A stretch of 34,748 bases of DNA, taken from NCBI GenBank assembly GCA_958417695.1, contig CATZDQ010000001.1, forward strand, positions 1-34,748, written 5' to 3'. Below the pieces are notes generated by a model. The model did not search any database, was not told the origin of the DNA, and was given only the letters and a program-made list of their open reading frames with translations. A program made the position numbers and the translations under genes. The DNA is from an uncultured Clostridiaceae bacterium (GTDB lineage: Bacteria > Bacillota > Clostridia > TANB77 > CAG-508). Positions 25,655-34,386 of this stretch are shown piece by piece (the stretch's first letter is position 1; the number at the start of each line of letters is the position of its first letter).

Positions 25655-25680
25655 CAAAAATCCCTAGCAAATGCTAGGGA
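25655..25680 (-). terminator. Terminator after the zinc-ribbon gene
   Basis: tccctagc / gctaggga form an 8-bp stem with a 4-nt loop. TTTTT follows on the minus strand. Confidence 0.6.
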
Positions 25681-25695
25681 TTACTATTTTTATAA

Positions 25696-25896
25696 TTAGT
25701 TGTTGTAATTATTGTTATAGTTGTTGTTTCTTCTTTGATCTTTTCTTGCTTTTCTGCAAGCAGGACATCTTTGTGGTTTATTTGTAAAACCTTTTTCAGC
25801 GTAGAATTGTTGTTCACCAGCTGTGAAAACAAATTCAGCACCACAGTCTTTGCATACGATTGTCTCGTCTACAAATTCGTTAGTATTCTCTTCCAT
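25696..25896 (-). CDS. Small zinc-ribbon protein (CxxC...CxxC) with an Asn/Tyr-rich tail
   Basis: CKDCGAEFVFTAGEQQFYAEKGFTNKPQRCPACR matches the conserved 'probable zinc-ribbon' family. GGAGG RBS. Confidence 0.75.
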   Translation of the reverse strand: MEENTNEFVDETIVCKDCGAEFVFTAGEQQFYAEKGFTNKPQRCPACRKARKDQRRNNNYNNNYNN

Positions 25897-26091
25897 CTTA
25901 GATTACCTCCTTCTTAAAATTTCTAGATTTAACATCTTTTGACTCATTGATTCCTTTAAAATTTTATTCTAGAAGGAAATGATCTACTTAATAATTAAAA
26001 ATATTTAAGCTTTTTCAAGCCAACTACACTATACCATGCATTTAAAATAAAAGCAAGTGTTTTTGAAAAAATAAATAAAAACTATTTAGAC

Positions 26092-26119
26092 ACCATTTGA
26101 TAAAATACGACATATGATA
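26092..26119 (+). promoter_or_regulatory. Sigma-K-type promoter-like element upstream of yabG
   Basis: AC (26092-26093), 17 nt, CATATGATA (26111-26119), compared with the consensus AC-N16/17-CATAnnnTA. yabG is sigma-K dependent in B. subtilis. Confidence 0.35.
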
Positions 26120-26153
26120 CCATAAAGGATAATCAAAATGATGGGGTGGTACT

Positions 26154-27020
26154 GTGGGTAAATTTAAAAAAGGAGATATTGTAGGAAGAATATCTTACAA
26201 TAAAGATGTGATATTCGAAATTAGTAAAATCATTAGAACTAGTAATAAACAAGAATTTGCCATATTAAAAGGGATTACAGAGCGTATCGAAGCAGATAGT
26301 CCCTTAGAAGATTTAGAACATATGGATAAACGTGTCGTAGATAATAAAATACAAGTATGGGAAGATAAAATATCTAATCGAATCCAAACATGTCTAAAAG
26401 ACCCTATGTATTGTCTTTGTGCTTCTAAAAAATCATGGAGATGGGGAGAAAAAAGTGAAAAGAGAAGTAGCAAAACGTTTTATACAGGACAAATATTACA
26501 TTTAGATGGAGATAAACGTTATAGTGAGAAATCTATGCGCTATTATAAAAGTTTAGGACTAAGTGCAGTTGTAAAAAATATACCAGAAAATAAACAAGCT
26601 TTTTATATAAAGGACTTGTTAGAAAAGTATAAACCAGATGTCCTAGTCTTAACTGGGCATGATGGTATGATAAAAAAAGGAATGGCATTTAACGATATTT
26701 ATAATTATCGAAATTCTAGACATTTTATACAGACTGTCACAGAGGCTAGAAGTTGGAATACGAAAGGAAGAGATTTAGCTATTTTTGCAGGTGCCTGTCA
26801 GAGCTATTATGAAGGAATTATGGCTGCTGGTGCTAATTTTGCATCTTCTCCTGCTAGAATAATGATTGATTTTATCGACCCACTAATTGTGGCAGAAAGA
26901 ATTGCCACAACAGAAAATACCAAATATCTAACAATCAAGGATATAGAAGAAGAATTAAGAGACGGAGAAGATGGTGTTAGCGGAATTGGCTCTATGGGAA
27001 AGAAAAAGATAATACTGTAA
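26154..27020 (+). CDS. yabG: Sporulation-specific protease YabG
   Basis: GDIVGRISYNKDVIFEI N-terminus, HLDGD, LVLTGHDG and IFAGACQSYYEGIMAAGANFASSPARI align closely with B. subtilis YabG. GTG start. Confidence 0.9.
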   Translation: MGKFKKGDIVGRISYNKDVIFEISKIIRTSNKQEFAILKGITERIEADSPLEDLEHMDKRVVDNKIQVWEDKISNRIQTCLKDPMYCLCASKKSWRWGEKSEKRSSKTFYTGQILHLDGDKRYSEKSMRYYKSLGLSAVVKNIPENKQAFYIKDLLEKYKPDVLVLTGHDGMIKKGMAFNDIYNYRNSRHFIQTVTEARSWNTKGRDLAIFAGACQSYYEGIMAAGANFASSPARIMIDFIDPLIVAERIATTENTKYLTIKDIEEELRDGEDGVSGIGSMGKKKIIL

Positions 27021-27114
27021 TATTCAAGTCATAGATTTGTAATATAAATGTAATATAAACTGCGAAACAGCTGGGGTAAAAGCTGTTGAGGCAAACGACA
27101 GAAGAAGCGTTACT

Positions 27115-27143
27115 TTGACAATTTCTGCACTTTATGATACAAT
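27115..27143 (+). promoter_or_regulatory. Strong sigma-A promoter of veg
   Basis: TTGACA (27115-27120), 17-nt spacer ending in TGa, TACAAT (27138-27143). These are the same hexamers as the classical B. subtilis veg promoter. Confidence 0.7.
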
Positions 27144-27172
27144 GTGTCCATCATAAAGAAGTAGGTGATGAA

Positions 27173-27454
27173 ATGATTTGTAAAAGTGATATAACGAATC
27201 TTAAAAGTGATATAGGAGATATCATTGGACAGAAAGTTATTGTCAAAGGGTCTTTAGGAAGGAGCAAATCGTTTGAAAAAGAAGCAACTATAGAAAAAGC
27301 TTATCCTAATATCTTTGTAGTAAAATATGAAGAAAATGAAAGAAATGTTACCTATAGCTACACAGATGTTTTAACCAGAACAGTAGAGGTAGATGTATTT
27401 GATGGCCAGAATTATTGTCCACTTATTCCACCAACCATGGAGGTAAAGGCCTAA
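27173..27454 (+). CDS. veg: Veg protein
   Basis: L..IK..IG..IGQKV.VKG.LGRSK...EATIEKAYPNIFVV...VTYSYTDVLTRTVEV parallels B. subtilis Veg. Lies downstream of yabG, as in Bacillus. Confidence 0.85.
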   Translation: MICKSDITNLKSDIGDIIGQKVIVKGSLGRSKSFEKEATIEKAYPNIFVVKYEENERNVTYSYTDVLTRTVEVDVFDGQNYCPLIPPTMEVKA

Positions 27455-27484
27455 ACCAAAGGAAAAATAAAATAAAAGATAGTA

Positions 27485-27511
27485 AAAATTCCTATTTTAG
27501 GAATTTTTTTT
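27485..27511 (+). terminator. Terminator after veg
   Basis: aaaattcct / aggaatttt form a 9-bp stem with a 5-nt loop, followed by a T-run. Confidence 0.7.
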
Positions 27512-27558
27512 GTGTCTTGACCATATACATTAAATAATAAAAAGGAAAAAGGAGGTAT

Positions 27559-29097
27559 ATGGTTATGGCAGAAGAAAACGCAGCCAAGGAAACATTATGC
27601 ATAAATCAGATGATTGGGCAAAAAATAGATACCATGATGGTGGAGGAAGATTTTGTAGTACCAGACATCAAGCCAGATATTCTAAGTACCATTCATACGA
27701 ATGGAACAGTTTGTATCTATAAAAAAGAAGTCTTAGATGGAAAAATAAAGATAGATGGCTGTATCAATGTATATATCATGTATTTAGCAGATGATGAAAA
27801 TGCCAGTGTCAGAAGTCTAAATACGAATTTAGAATTTTCACAAATAGTAGATTTTGATAAGGTTAAAGAGGGCATGATGTTAGAACAACAAATGACATTA
27901 AAATCTGTAGAGTGTAGAGTTCTAAATGGCAGAAAAGTAAATGTAAAAGCGATTATGGATATGCAATTAAAAGTATTTTCTAATGAAGAGGTAGAGTTTA
28001 TTAAACAAATAGATACCGTACCAGATGTACAATTGCTTAATGAAAACCTAAAAATTAGTTCTTTATTAGGAACCGGTACTACAAAAGTATATGCAAAAGA
28101 TACCATTATGATAGATAATGTAGACGACTTAGCAGAAATTATGAAGGTAGATGTATCTATCAAAAATAAAGAGACAAAAATTAGCTACAATAAAGTATTA
28201 GCAAAAGCAGATGCCAATATTAGAATGTTATATTTAACAACAGATAATCGTATTAATGTAGTTAGTAATAATATACCTGTCATGGGATTTATTGATATGC
28301 CAAATGTAACAGATGAACATTTATGTGATATGCAATATGAAATTAAAAATTTACTAATAAAGCCCAATAACGTAGAAGAGCATTCTGTTTATGTAGAAGT
28401 AGAACTAGAATTAAATTGCCATGTATATGAGACAAAAGATGTGAATGTCATTCAAGATTTATATAGTCCTAGTGTCAATTTAGTTTATAAACAAAAAATG
28501 ATTAGAGCTATGTCAGAAAAACAAACTTTAACAGATATTTGTGCAATTAGAGAAAAACAATTTATTAGTGAAATAGGTGGTCATAAAATTTATGATGTGG
28601 ATGTATTACCAACCATTACAAAACAAACCATTCTAAAAGATAGAATAATCTATGAAGGAGATATAGCACTCACCTTTTTATTTGCAGCAGACAACAGTAG
28701 TAAAATCAGTACACAAAATGTCAATGTACCATTCCATTATACTATGGACTGTGCAGGAGTAGACACCAATAGTCAAGTAGAAACGAATATGGAATTAGTT
28801 ATGCAAGACTTTATTGTGATGCCAGATGAAAGTATGGAAATGAAAATGGATATACAATTTCATATACAAGTTTCTAATATGCGAAGTATGAATGTTATAG
28901 AGGAAATAGCAATTGAAGAAAGCCGTGAAGAAGAAAGATATAGCTTGGTAATTTATTTTGTAAAACCAGGAGATACACTATGGAATATTGCTAAACGATT
29001 TAAGAGTACAGTACCTAGTATTGTTAGAATGAATGAAATAGAAAACGAAAATAGAATCAATGTAGGAGAACAATTATTTATTCCTATGTCACGTTAA
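27559..29097 (+). CDS. SpoVID/SipL-like spore-coat morphogenetic protein (DUF3794/SPOCS-type repeats plus a C-terminal LysM domain)
   Basis: The C-terminus YFVKPGDTLWNIAKRFKSTVPSIVRMNEIENENRINVGEQLFIP is a LysM domain. The N-terminal V.EDFVVPDIKPDI pattern is typical of the SPOCS domain. About 510 aa, next to yabG, like C. difficile sipL. An alternative start at ATG 27565 has better RBS spacing. Confidence 0.6.
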   Translation: MVMAEENAAKETLCINQMIGQKIDTMMVEEDFVVPDIKPDILSTIHTNGTVCIYKKEVLDGKIKIDGCINVYIMYLADDENASVRSLNTNLEFSQIVDFDKVKEGMMLEQQMTLKSVECRVLNGRKVNVKAIMDMQLKVFSNEEVEFIKQIDTVPDVQLLNENLKISSLLGTGTTKVYAKDTIMIDNVDDLAEIMKVDVSIKNKETKISYNKVLAKADANIRMLYLTTDNRINVVSNNIPVMGFIDMPNVTDEHLCDMQYEIKNLLIKPNNVEEHSVYVEVELELNCHVYETKDVNVIQDLYSPSVNLVYKQKMIRAMSEKQTLTDICAIREKQFISEIGGHKIYDVDVLPTITKQTILKDRIIYEGDIALTFLFAADNSSKISTQNVNVPFHYTMDCAGVDTNSQVETNMELVMQDFIVMPDESMEMKMDIQFHIQVSNMRSMNVIEEIAIEESREEERYSLVIYFVKPGDTLWNIAKRFKSTVPSIVRMNEIENENRINVGEQLFIPMSR

Positions 29098-29100
29098 AAG

Positions 29101-29139
29101 AAGATGTCGCATATAGTTAAGAAAATGCGACATCTTTTT
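29101..29139 (+). terminator. Terminator after the SipL-like gene
   Basis: aagatgtcgcat / atgcgacatctt form a perfect 12-bp stem, then TTT. Confidence 0.75.
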
Positions 29140-29159
29140 AGCTAAAGGAGAGAAGACAT

Positions 29160-29888
29160 ATGGATAAAATTTATTCTAGAAGACGTATCCTGATACCTCA
29201 ATTTATAGAACGTGCAGGATGGAAATTACCTTCTAATCCAGATAAGAAAAAACGTACAAAATTTATGAAAATAGGAACGATTTTTACAATAGCTATCATT
29301 ACTGCTAAAATAGTTTTACAAGCAATCTCTCCTATTATAGATGAACAATGTGAAAATCTTGCTAAAAGCATAGCCACTAAAATTTCTAATGAACAGGCTA
29401 CTAATGTTATGAGTCGTTACCAATATGATGATTTATGTATGGTAACAAAAGATAATAATGGAAGTATTCGTATGTTAAGTTCCAATGTAATAGTCGTTAA
29501 TGAAATAATTTCAGATGTGGCTATTAAAATACAAGAACAATTAAATCAAACAGATAATGAGACTTTTTATATTCCACTAGGTAGTTTTACAGGCAGTAAA
29601 CTCTTATCTGGTAGAGGACCAAAAGTAGCTTTTCAAATGTCCACCATAGGAAATGTAGAAACAGATTTAAAATCAGAATTTTCTTCTGCTGGAATCAATC
29701 AAACTTTACATAGAATTTATTTAGAAGTAAATTGTAAAGTTCTAATTATGACACCATATCATACCATAGAAGAGCAAATTATTAATCAAGTATTATTAGC
29801 AGAAGCGGTTATCGTAGGAACCACACCTAATACGTATTACAATTTAGAAGGTATGACAAAAGAAAATGTAACAGATATTATTGAATAA
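29160..29888 (+). CDS. yunB: Sporulation protein YunB
   Basis: N-terminal signal anchor. Conserved blocks FYIPLGSFTGSKLLSGRGPKV and AGINQTLHRIYLEVNCKV are typical of the YunB family. Confidence 0.75.
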   Translation: MDKIYSRRRILIPQFIERAGWKLPSNPDKKKRTKFMKIGTIFTIAIITAKIVLQAISPIIDEQCENLAKSIATKISNEQATNVMSRYQYDDLCMVTKDNNGSIRMLSSNVIVVNEIISDVAIKIQEQLNQTDNETFYIPLGSFTGSKLLSGRGPKVAFQMSTIGNVETDLKSEFSSAGINQTLHRIYLEVNCKVLIMTPYHTIEEQIINQVLLAEAVIVGTTPNTYYNLEGMTKENVTDIIE

Positions 29889-29923
29889 TGCCAAAAGGGA
29901 CGTTCCTTTTTGGCAATTTTTTT
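29889..29923 (+). terminator. Terminator after yunB
   Basis: tgccaaaaggga / tcctttttggca form a 12-bp stem with 1 G-U pair and a 3-nt loop, then aTTTTTTT. Confidence 0.75.
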
Positions 29924-30034
29924 GTGTAAAAAAGGACAAAATGAAAATTCTTTCTGAAAGTTAAGAGAAATAAAGGAATTATTTTAACAAAATATGGTAT
30001 AATAATAAAAAAATAAAAGCAAGGAGGAAAGAAA

Positions 30035-31000
30035 ATGATATATATAGTGATAGGATTGGTTGTAGTATTGCTAATAGTCATTATAGTGATGTTAGTAGGA
30101 AACTTTTTCTATAATATAGCCTTAAATGTAAAAACTTCTAAATCTTTTATTTTTAAACATACGGACCAGAATTGCCAAGAAGAAGTAGATAAGAAAAAAC
30201 AAAAGCAAGAAGACCAAAAGTGGCTTGAAGAAAACGCACAAGATGTATATACAAAAGCTAATAATGATGGTTTGAAATTACATAGCTATCAGATAAAACA
30301 GACACAAAATAACAATAATCGATGGGCTATTTTAATTCATGGTTATACAGCAGATGCTATAGAAATGACTAGTGCTGCTAAATGTTTTTTATCATTAGGT
30401 TATCACATATTAATGGTAGATTTAAGAGGACATGGTAAAAGTGAAGGAACTTACATTGGTATGGGGTGGCCAGATAGATTAGATATTTTAGATTGGATAG
30501 AATGGATTGTAGAACAACAAACAGAAGCGGAAATTATACTATATGGTGTATCTATGGGAGCAGCTACAGTAATGATGACAATGGGAGAAGAAAGACTGTC
30601 AAAGAATGTAAAATTGGCAATTGAAGATTGTGGTTATACCTCTGTTTGGGAGGAGTTTTGTTGGGAATTAAAAACATTATTTAAATTGCCGGCTTTTCCA
30701 GTATTATATGCAGCTAATTTTGTAGCTAAAGTGCGCGCTGGCTATGATTTAAAGAAGGCATCTAGTATAGAACAATTGAAAAAAGCAAAAATACCACTTT
30801 TATTAATTCATGGAGAGGATGACAAATTTGTACCCTTTTTTATGCAAGAACAATTAATGCATGCTGGAAATGGCGTAAAGGAGAAGTTAGTTATAAAAGG
30901 AGCAGCACATGCAGAGTGTGCTAAGATAAATCCAACGCTATATTGGAAAACAGTAGAACAGTTTATAGACAAATATGCCAATACAAAAGAGGTAGATTAA
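30035..31000 (+). CDS. Membrane-anchored alpha/beta-fold hydrolase
   Basis: N-terminal TM segment, HGYT oxyanion region, GVSMGA nucleophile elbow, and a late HGEDD...H acid/His pair. Confidence 0.75.
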   Translation: MIYIVIGLVVVLLIVIIVMLVGNFFYNIALNVKTSKSFIFKHTDQNCQEEVDKKKQKQEDQKWLEENAQDVYTKANNDGLKLHSYQIKQTQNNNNRWAILIHGYTADAIEMTSAAKCFLSLGYHILMVDLRGHGKSEGTYIGMGWPDRLDILDWIEWIVEQQTEAEIILYGVSMGAATVMMTMGEERLSKNVKLAIEDCGYTSVWEEFCWELKTLFKLPAFPVLYAANFVAKVRAGYDLKKASSIEQLKKAKIPLLLIHGEDDKFVPFFMQEQLMHAGNGVKEKLVIKGAAHAECAKINPTLYWKTVEQFIDKYANTKEVD

Positions 31001-31018
31001 TATATCTCTTGCAATTTG

Positions 31019-31390
31019 TTATTGCCATTCCCACTTCGAGTAATATTTATTGGTAGAGAATAATATATGTTCTTTTTCGGTACCATTACTATATACTAAC
31101 ATTGCTCCCATTTGTTCTTCCGGTATAAAAGAAAAATTTCTGCTTTTCATATATTCATCTAAATATTGTCCTGCAGTTTTGTCTGATGTATCTCCTGTCT
31201 TACTAAATACTACTCTATTTGGTGTATTTTGAACAATCGTATATTCTTTATCTGTAAATAATATTTCTAACATTCCAAAACAAGAAGAAATTGGATTCCA
31301 TACATTAAACTTTGCTATTGAAAATATGGTAGCACATAATAAAATTACAACACATATTACAATCGTCATAATAATTCCTTTTTTTTTCAT
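31019..31390 (-). CDS. Hypothetical signal-anchored protein
   Basis: GGGAGG RBS, N-terminal TM segment, no recognisable motif. Lies downstream of the two glycosyltransferase genes. Confidence 0.55.
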   Translation of the reverse strand: MKKKGIIMTIVICVVILLCATIFSIAKFNVWNPISSCFGMLEILFTDKEYTIVQNTPNRVVFSKTGDTSDKTAGQYLDEYMKSRNFSFIPEEQMGAMLVYSNGTEKEHILFSTNKYYSKWEWQ

Positions 31391-31449
31391 AAACTACCTC
31401 CCTATAACTTATTGAATTACACTTTGTCAACAAACTGAAAAGAGATAGA

Positions 31450-32430
31450 TTAATCTACCTCTTTCATAAATAATGCTATTAAATTTTTACATTTATCTGG
31501 GTCCCAAAGATATAAACTTAAAAGTACGCGTCTATAAGGTGTGATGAGATGATAAATTTCTGTTTCATATTTAGTAAGTAGTTCATAAAATAAAGGTCTT
31601 ACGTTTTCAAAATCTAATTGTAATTTAGCAAAATCATAATAGCTGTAATTTTTAATAACAATTATCATATTGGCTATAAAACCATAAGCATTAACAGCTG
31701 CTAGTTGCGGAAATTTTTGTTGGATATAATGATAACGCTCTACACTAACATCAAAGTAATCTTTACAATTTTCATAAGTACGGTAATTAACAATACTGTT
31801 CTGACGTTTGACATAGTAGTATTTTGGTGTATCTTTATATACAATCTTTTTACAATCTTCAAATAGGTGATACATGATATCTATATCTTCGTAAAATTTG
31901 CCAACTGGAAAACGTTTTTTCTCAAAGATAGATTTCTTGTATAATTTATTCCAAGTGTAGTTTTGTACTTCTTGGTCAATTAATAATTCTCTAAGAGCAG
32001 ATATGGCATCATAAACATAAATTTGTTCTGTAAAAGAATGCTTTTTAAGTTGATTATTTTCCACAATATAATAAGAAACCATAGAAATATCGGCATCTTC
32101 TTTCTGAGACAAAGTATATAAGGTTTCAAACATCTCTGGTGCTATATAATCGTCACTGTCAACAAATCCAATGTAATCTCCATGAGCATAATCTAAAGCG
32201 ACATTTCTGGCGACAGATACACCACTATTATTCTGATGAATAAAATGAATACGACTATCTTTTTGCGCATATTGCCTACCAATAAGAGCACTGTTATCAG
32301 TAGAACCATCATCTACTAAAATAATTTCTAAGTTTTGGTAAGATTGGTTTAATATACTATCTATGCATTTGGTAAGATAGGACTCTGTATTATAAATAGG
32401 TACAATAATACTAATTAATTTCTTTTCCAT
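31450..32430 (-). CDS. Family 2 glycosyltransferase
   Basis: ISIIVPIYNTESYLTKCIDSILNQSYQNLEIILVDDGSTDNS and the DSDD motif. Confidence 0.85.
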   Translation of the reverse strand: MEKKLISIIVPIYNTESYLTKCIDSILNQSYQNLEIILVDDGSTDNSALIGRQYAQKDSRIHFIHQNNSGVSVARNVALDYAHGDYIGFVDSDDYIAPEMFETLYTLSQKEDADISMVSYYIVENNQLKKHSFTEQIYVYDAISALRELLIDQEVQNYTWNKLYKKSIFEKKRFPVGKFYEDIDIMYHLFEDCKKIVYKDTPKYYYVKRQNSIVNYRTYENCKDYFDVSVERYHYIQQKFPQLAAVNAYGFIANMIIVIKNYSYYDFAKLQLDFENVRPLFYELLTKYETEIYHLITPYRRVLLSLYLWDPDKCKNLIALFMKEVD

Positions 32431-32450
32431 ATTTTCCCCCTTTATTTAAG

Positions 32451-33452
32451 TTAAGTATTAGGATAAGACTCTTCTATAGAAAATTCTTTATCAAATAGAG
32501 CTTTGAAATTGGCTATTTCTTGTTCATAGAATTCGTCAACTTGTTCAAGGCTTTTATATAAATTATCAAAATATTCTTTTAAAATTAATTTTAGACCTTT
32601 GGAAGATTCTGCTCTATCTAAAACGGTATTCGAATTATTTACAGTAGTTAAAAAACGAATACAAGTGCTAAAATATTTTTTTTCTGCTTTTCTTTGTAAA
32701 TCAAAAAGACCACGTTCTTTTAAAAAACTAATACAGTTTTGATAACTATCAATCATATGAAAACGTTCTTTACTAAAGGGTCTACCAAGTGTACTATCTT
32801 TTCTTTGAACATAAGTATATAAAGGTTTGTTCGAAGTAACAAATCTTTGACAGGTATATAAAAGTTTGTAGACAGTATCTAATTCCTCATAGATACGTAC
32901 AGTACTAAAACGAATAGTATTAAATAAACTTTTTTTATAAATTTTATTCCAAGTAACAATCGCTCTTAGATAAACATTAAAGTCCTCGTGCAATAATCGA
33001 TTAAGAGCGCCTAGATTATCTAAACAAAGGATTTCTTCTTGTGTATCATCACAGATTTTTTCTATTTTTTGGTCAGCAAGATAAAATTTAACAAAACTGC
33101 ATTCTGCAATATCAGCATGATGTGTAGTGGCTAAATTTAATAAATATTCATAAAAAATAGGTTCTATATAATCATCTGGGTCAATGAAATTGACATATTC
33201 TCCAGTTGCATAATCTAAACCTACATTTCTAGCACTTGCTTGTCCACCGTTTTCTTTATATATCACTTTTATTCTAGGATCTTCTTTAGCGTATTTCTCG
33301 CAAATAGAAGCAGAAGCATCTAAAGAACCATCTATGATAAAGAGAAATTCTAAATTGGTATATGTTTGCTGGAGAAGGGAAGTAATACATTTTTCTATAT
33401 AATTTTCTACATTGTATACGGGAATAATGACACTTATTTTAGACTTCTTCAT
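32451..33452 (-). CDS. Family 2 glycosyltransferase (paralogue of the downstream gene)
   Basis: ISVIIPVYNVENYIEKCITSLLQQTYTNLEFLFIIDGSLDAS and the DPDD motif. Confidence 0.85.
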   Translation of the reverse strand: MKKSKISVIIPVYNVENYIEKCITSLLQQTYTNLEFLFIIDGSLDASASICEKYAKEDPRIKVIYKENGGQASARNVGLDYATGEYVNFIDPDDYIEPIFYEYLLNLATTHHADIAECSFVKFYLADQKIEKICDDTQEEILCLDNLGALNRLLHEDFNVYLRAIVTWNKIYKKSLFNTIRFSTVRIYEELDTVYKLLYTCQRFVTSNKPLYTYVQRKDSTLGRPFSKERFHMIDSYQNCISFLKERGLFDLQRKAEKKYFSTCIRFLTTVNNSNTVLDRAESSKGLKLILKEYFDNLYKSLEQVDEFYEQEIANFKALFDKEFSIEESYPNT

Positions 33453-33596
33453 TTCAAAATCTCTCCTTTTTCTACAAAATTCGTATATTCTGTTAACATT
33501 TTACATGAGTTTTGCAATTATGTCAAGTAAAATACTAGTTGAGAATTTTCCAAAATTGTGTTATTCTAAGAATCACATATAATATACAATTACCTA

Positions 33597-33625
33597 TTGA
33601 CAAAGAAGAAAAAGCAGTTTAAAAT
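33597..33625 (+). promoter_or_regulatory. Sigma-A promoter of the suf genes
   Basis: TTGACA (33597-33602), 17-nt spacer, TAAAAT (33620-33625). Confidence 0.6.
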
Positions 33626-33642
33626 GTTAACTGAAGTTAACA
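33625..33642 (+). promoter_or_regulatory. Perfect 7-4-7 palindrome (candidate operator) at the suf transcription start
   Basis: TGTTAAC-tgaa-GTTAACA, starting at the last base of the -10 hexamer. Confidence 0.45.
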
Positions 33643-33669
33643 AAAAGAAAAGGAGAAAAAAGAGAAAAA

Positions 33670-34386
33670 ATGTTAGAACTAAAAGATATCTGTTTTACAA
33701 GAGATAATAAGAAGATATTAAATCATGTAAATTTAAGAATAGAACAAGACAAGTTTATTGCTATTACAGGACCAAATGGCTCTGGAAAGTCAACACTTGC
33801 TAAAATTATCATGGGGATTGAAATGCCTGATGAGGGACAAGTATTTTTAGATGGAGAAGATATTACTAATAAAAAGATAGAAGAAAGAGCTAAATTAGGC
33901 ATTGGATTTGCTTTTCAACAACCAGTCAAGTTTAAAGGAATTACAGTATATGACCTTTTAAAATTATCTGCACAAAAAGAAATTCATAAAAAAGAAGCTT
34001 GTGATATTTTATCAAAGGTAGGTTTATGTGCTAGAGAATATGTGGATAGAGAAGTAAATAGTTCCTTATCTGGAGGAGAATTAAAAAGAATTGAGATTGC
34101 AACTGTAGCGGTTAGAAATGCTAAATTAACTATTTTTGATGAGCCAGAAGCAGGTATTGACTTATGGAGTTTCCAAAATCTAATTTCTATATTTGAAGAA
34201 ATGCGTAAATTAGTTAAAGGTAGTACATTAATTATTACCCATCAAGAGAAAATTTTAAATATTGCTGACCAAATTATTCTAATGCATAATGGAAAGATAG
34301 AAAGAATGGGGACAAAAGAAGAAATGTTAGAAAATGTGATTAAGAATTCAACTTGTTGCAAGTTAGGAGGAAATGAGAATGGATGA
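33670..34386 (+). CDS. sufC: Fe-S cluster assembly ATPase SufC-like (ABC ATPase)
   Basis: Walker A GPNGSGKST, signature LSGGELKR and Walker B IFDEPEAGID. Followed by a SufB/D-type gene with an 8-nt overlap. Confidence 0.8.
   Translation: MLELKDICFTRDNKKILNHVNLRIEQDKFIAITGPNGSGKSTLAKIIMGIEMPDEGQVFLDGEDITNKKIEERAKLGIGFAFQQPVKFKGITVYDLLKLSAQKEIHKKEACDILSKVGLCAREYVDREVNSSLSGGELKRIEIATVAVRNAKLTIFDEPEAGIDLWSFQNLISIFEEMRKLVKGSTLIITHQEKILNIADQIILMHNGKIERMGTKEEMLENVIKNSTCCKLGGNENG

Noticed and set aside
27717-28163. 148-aa antisense ORF inside the SipL-like gene. Similar antisense ORFs occur at 11671-12021, 22345-22683, 23290-23580, 8480-8799 and 15729-15950.
   Set aside because: All are nested antisense to genes with clear motifs, lack RBSs and have low-complexity hydrophobic translations.
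33625-33642. Calling the suf palindrome a canonical Rex box.
   Set aside because: The half-sites match, but the spacing is 2 nt longer than in the TTGTTAA-N4-TTAACAA consensus. It is kept only as an unassigned operator.
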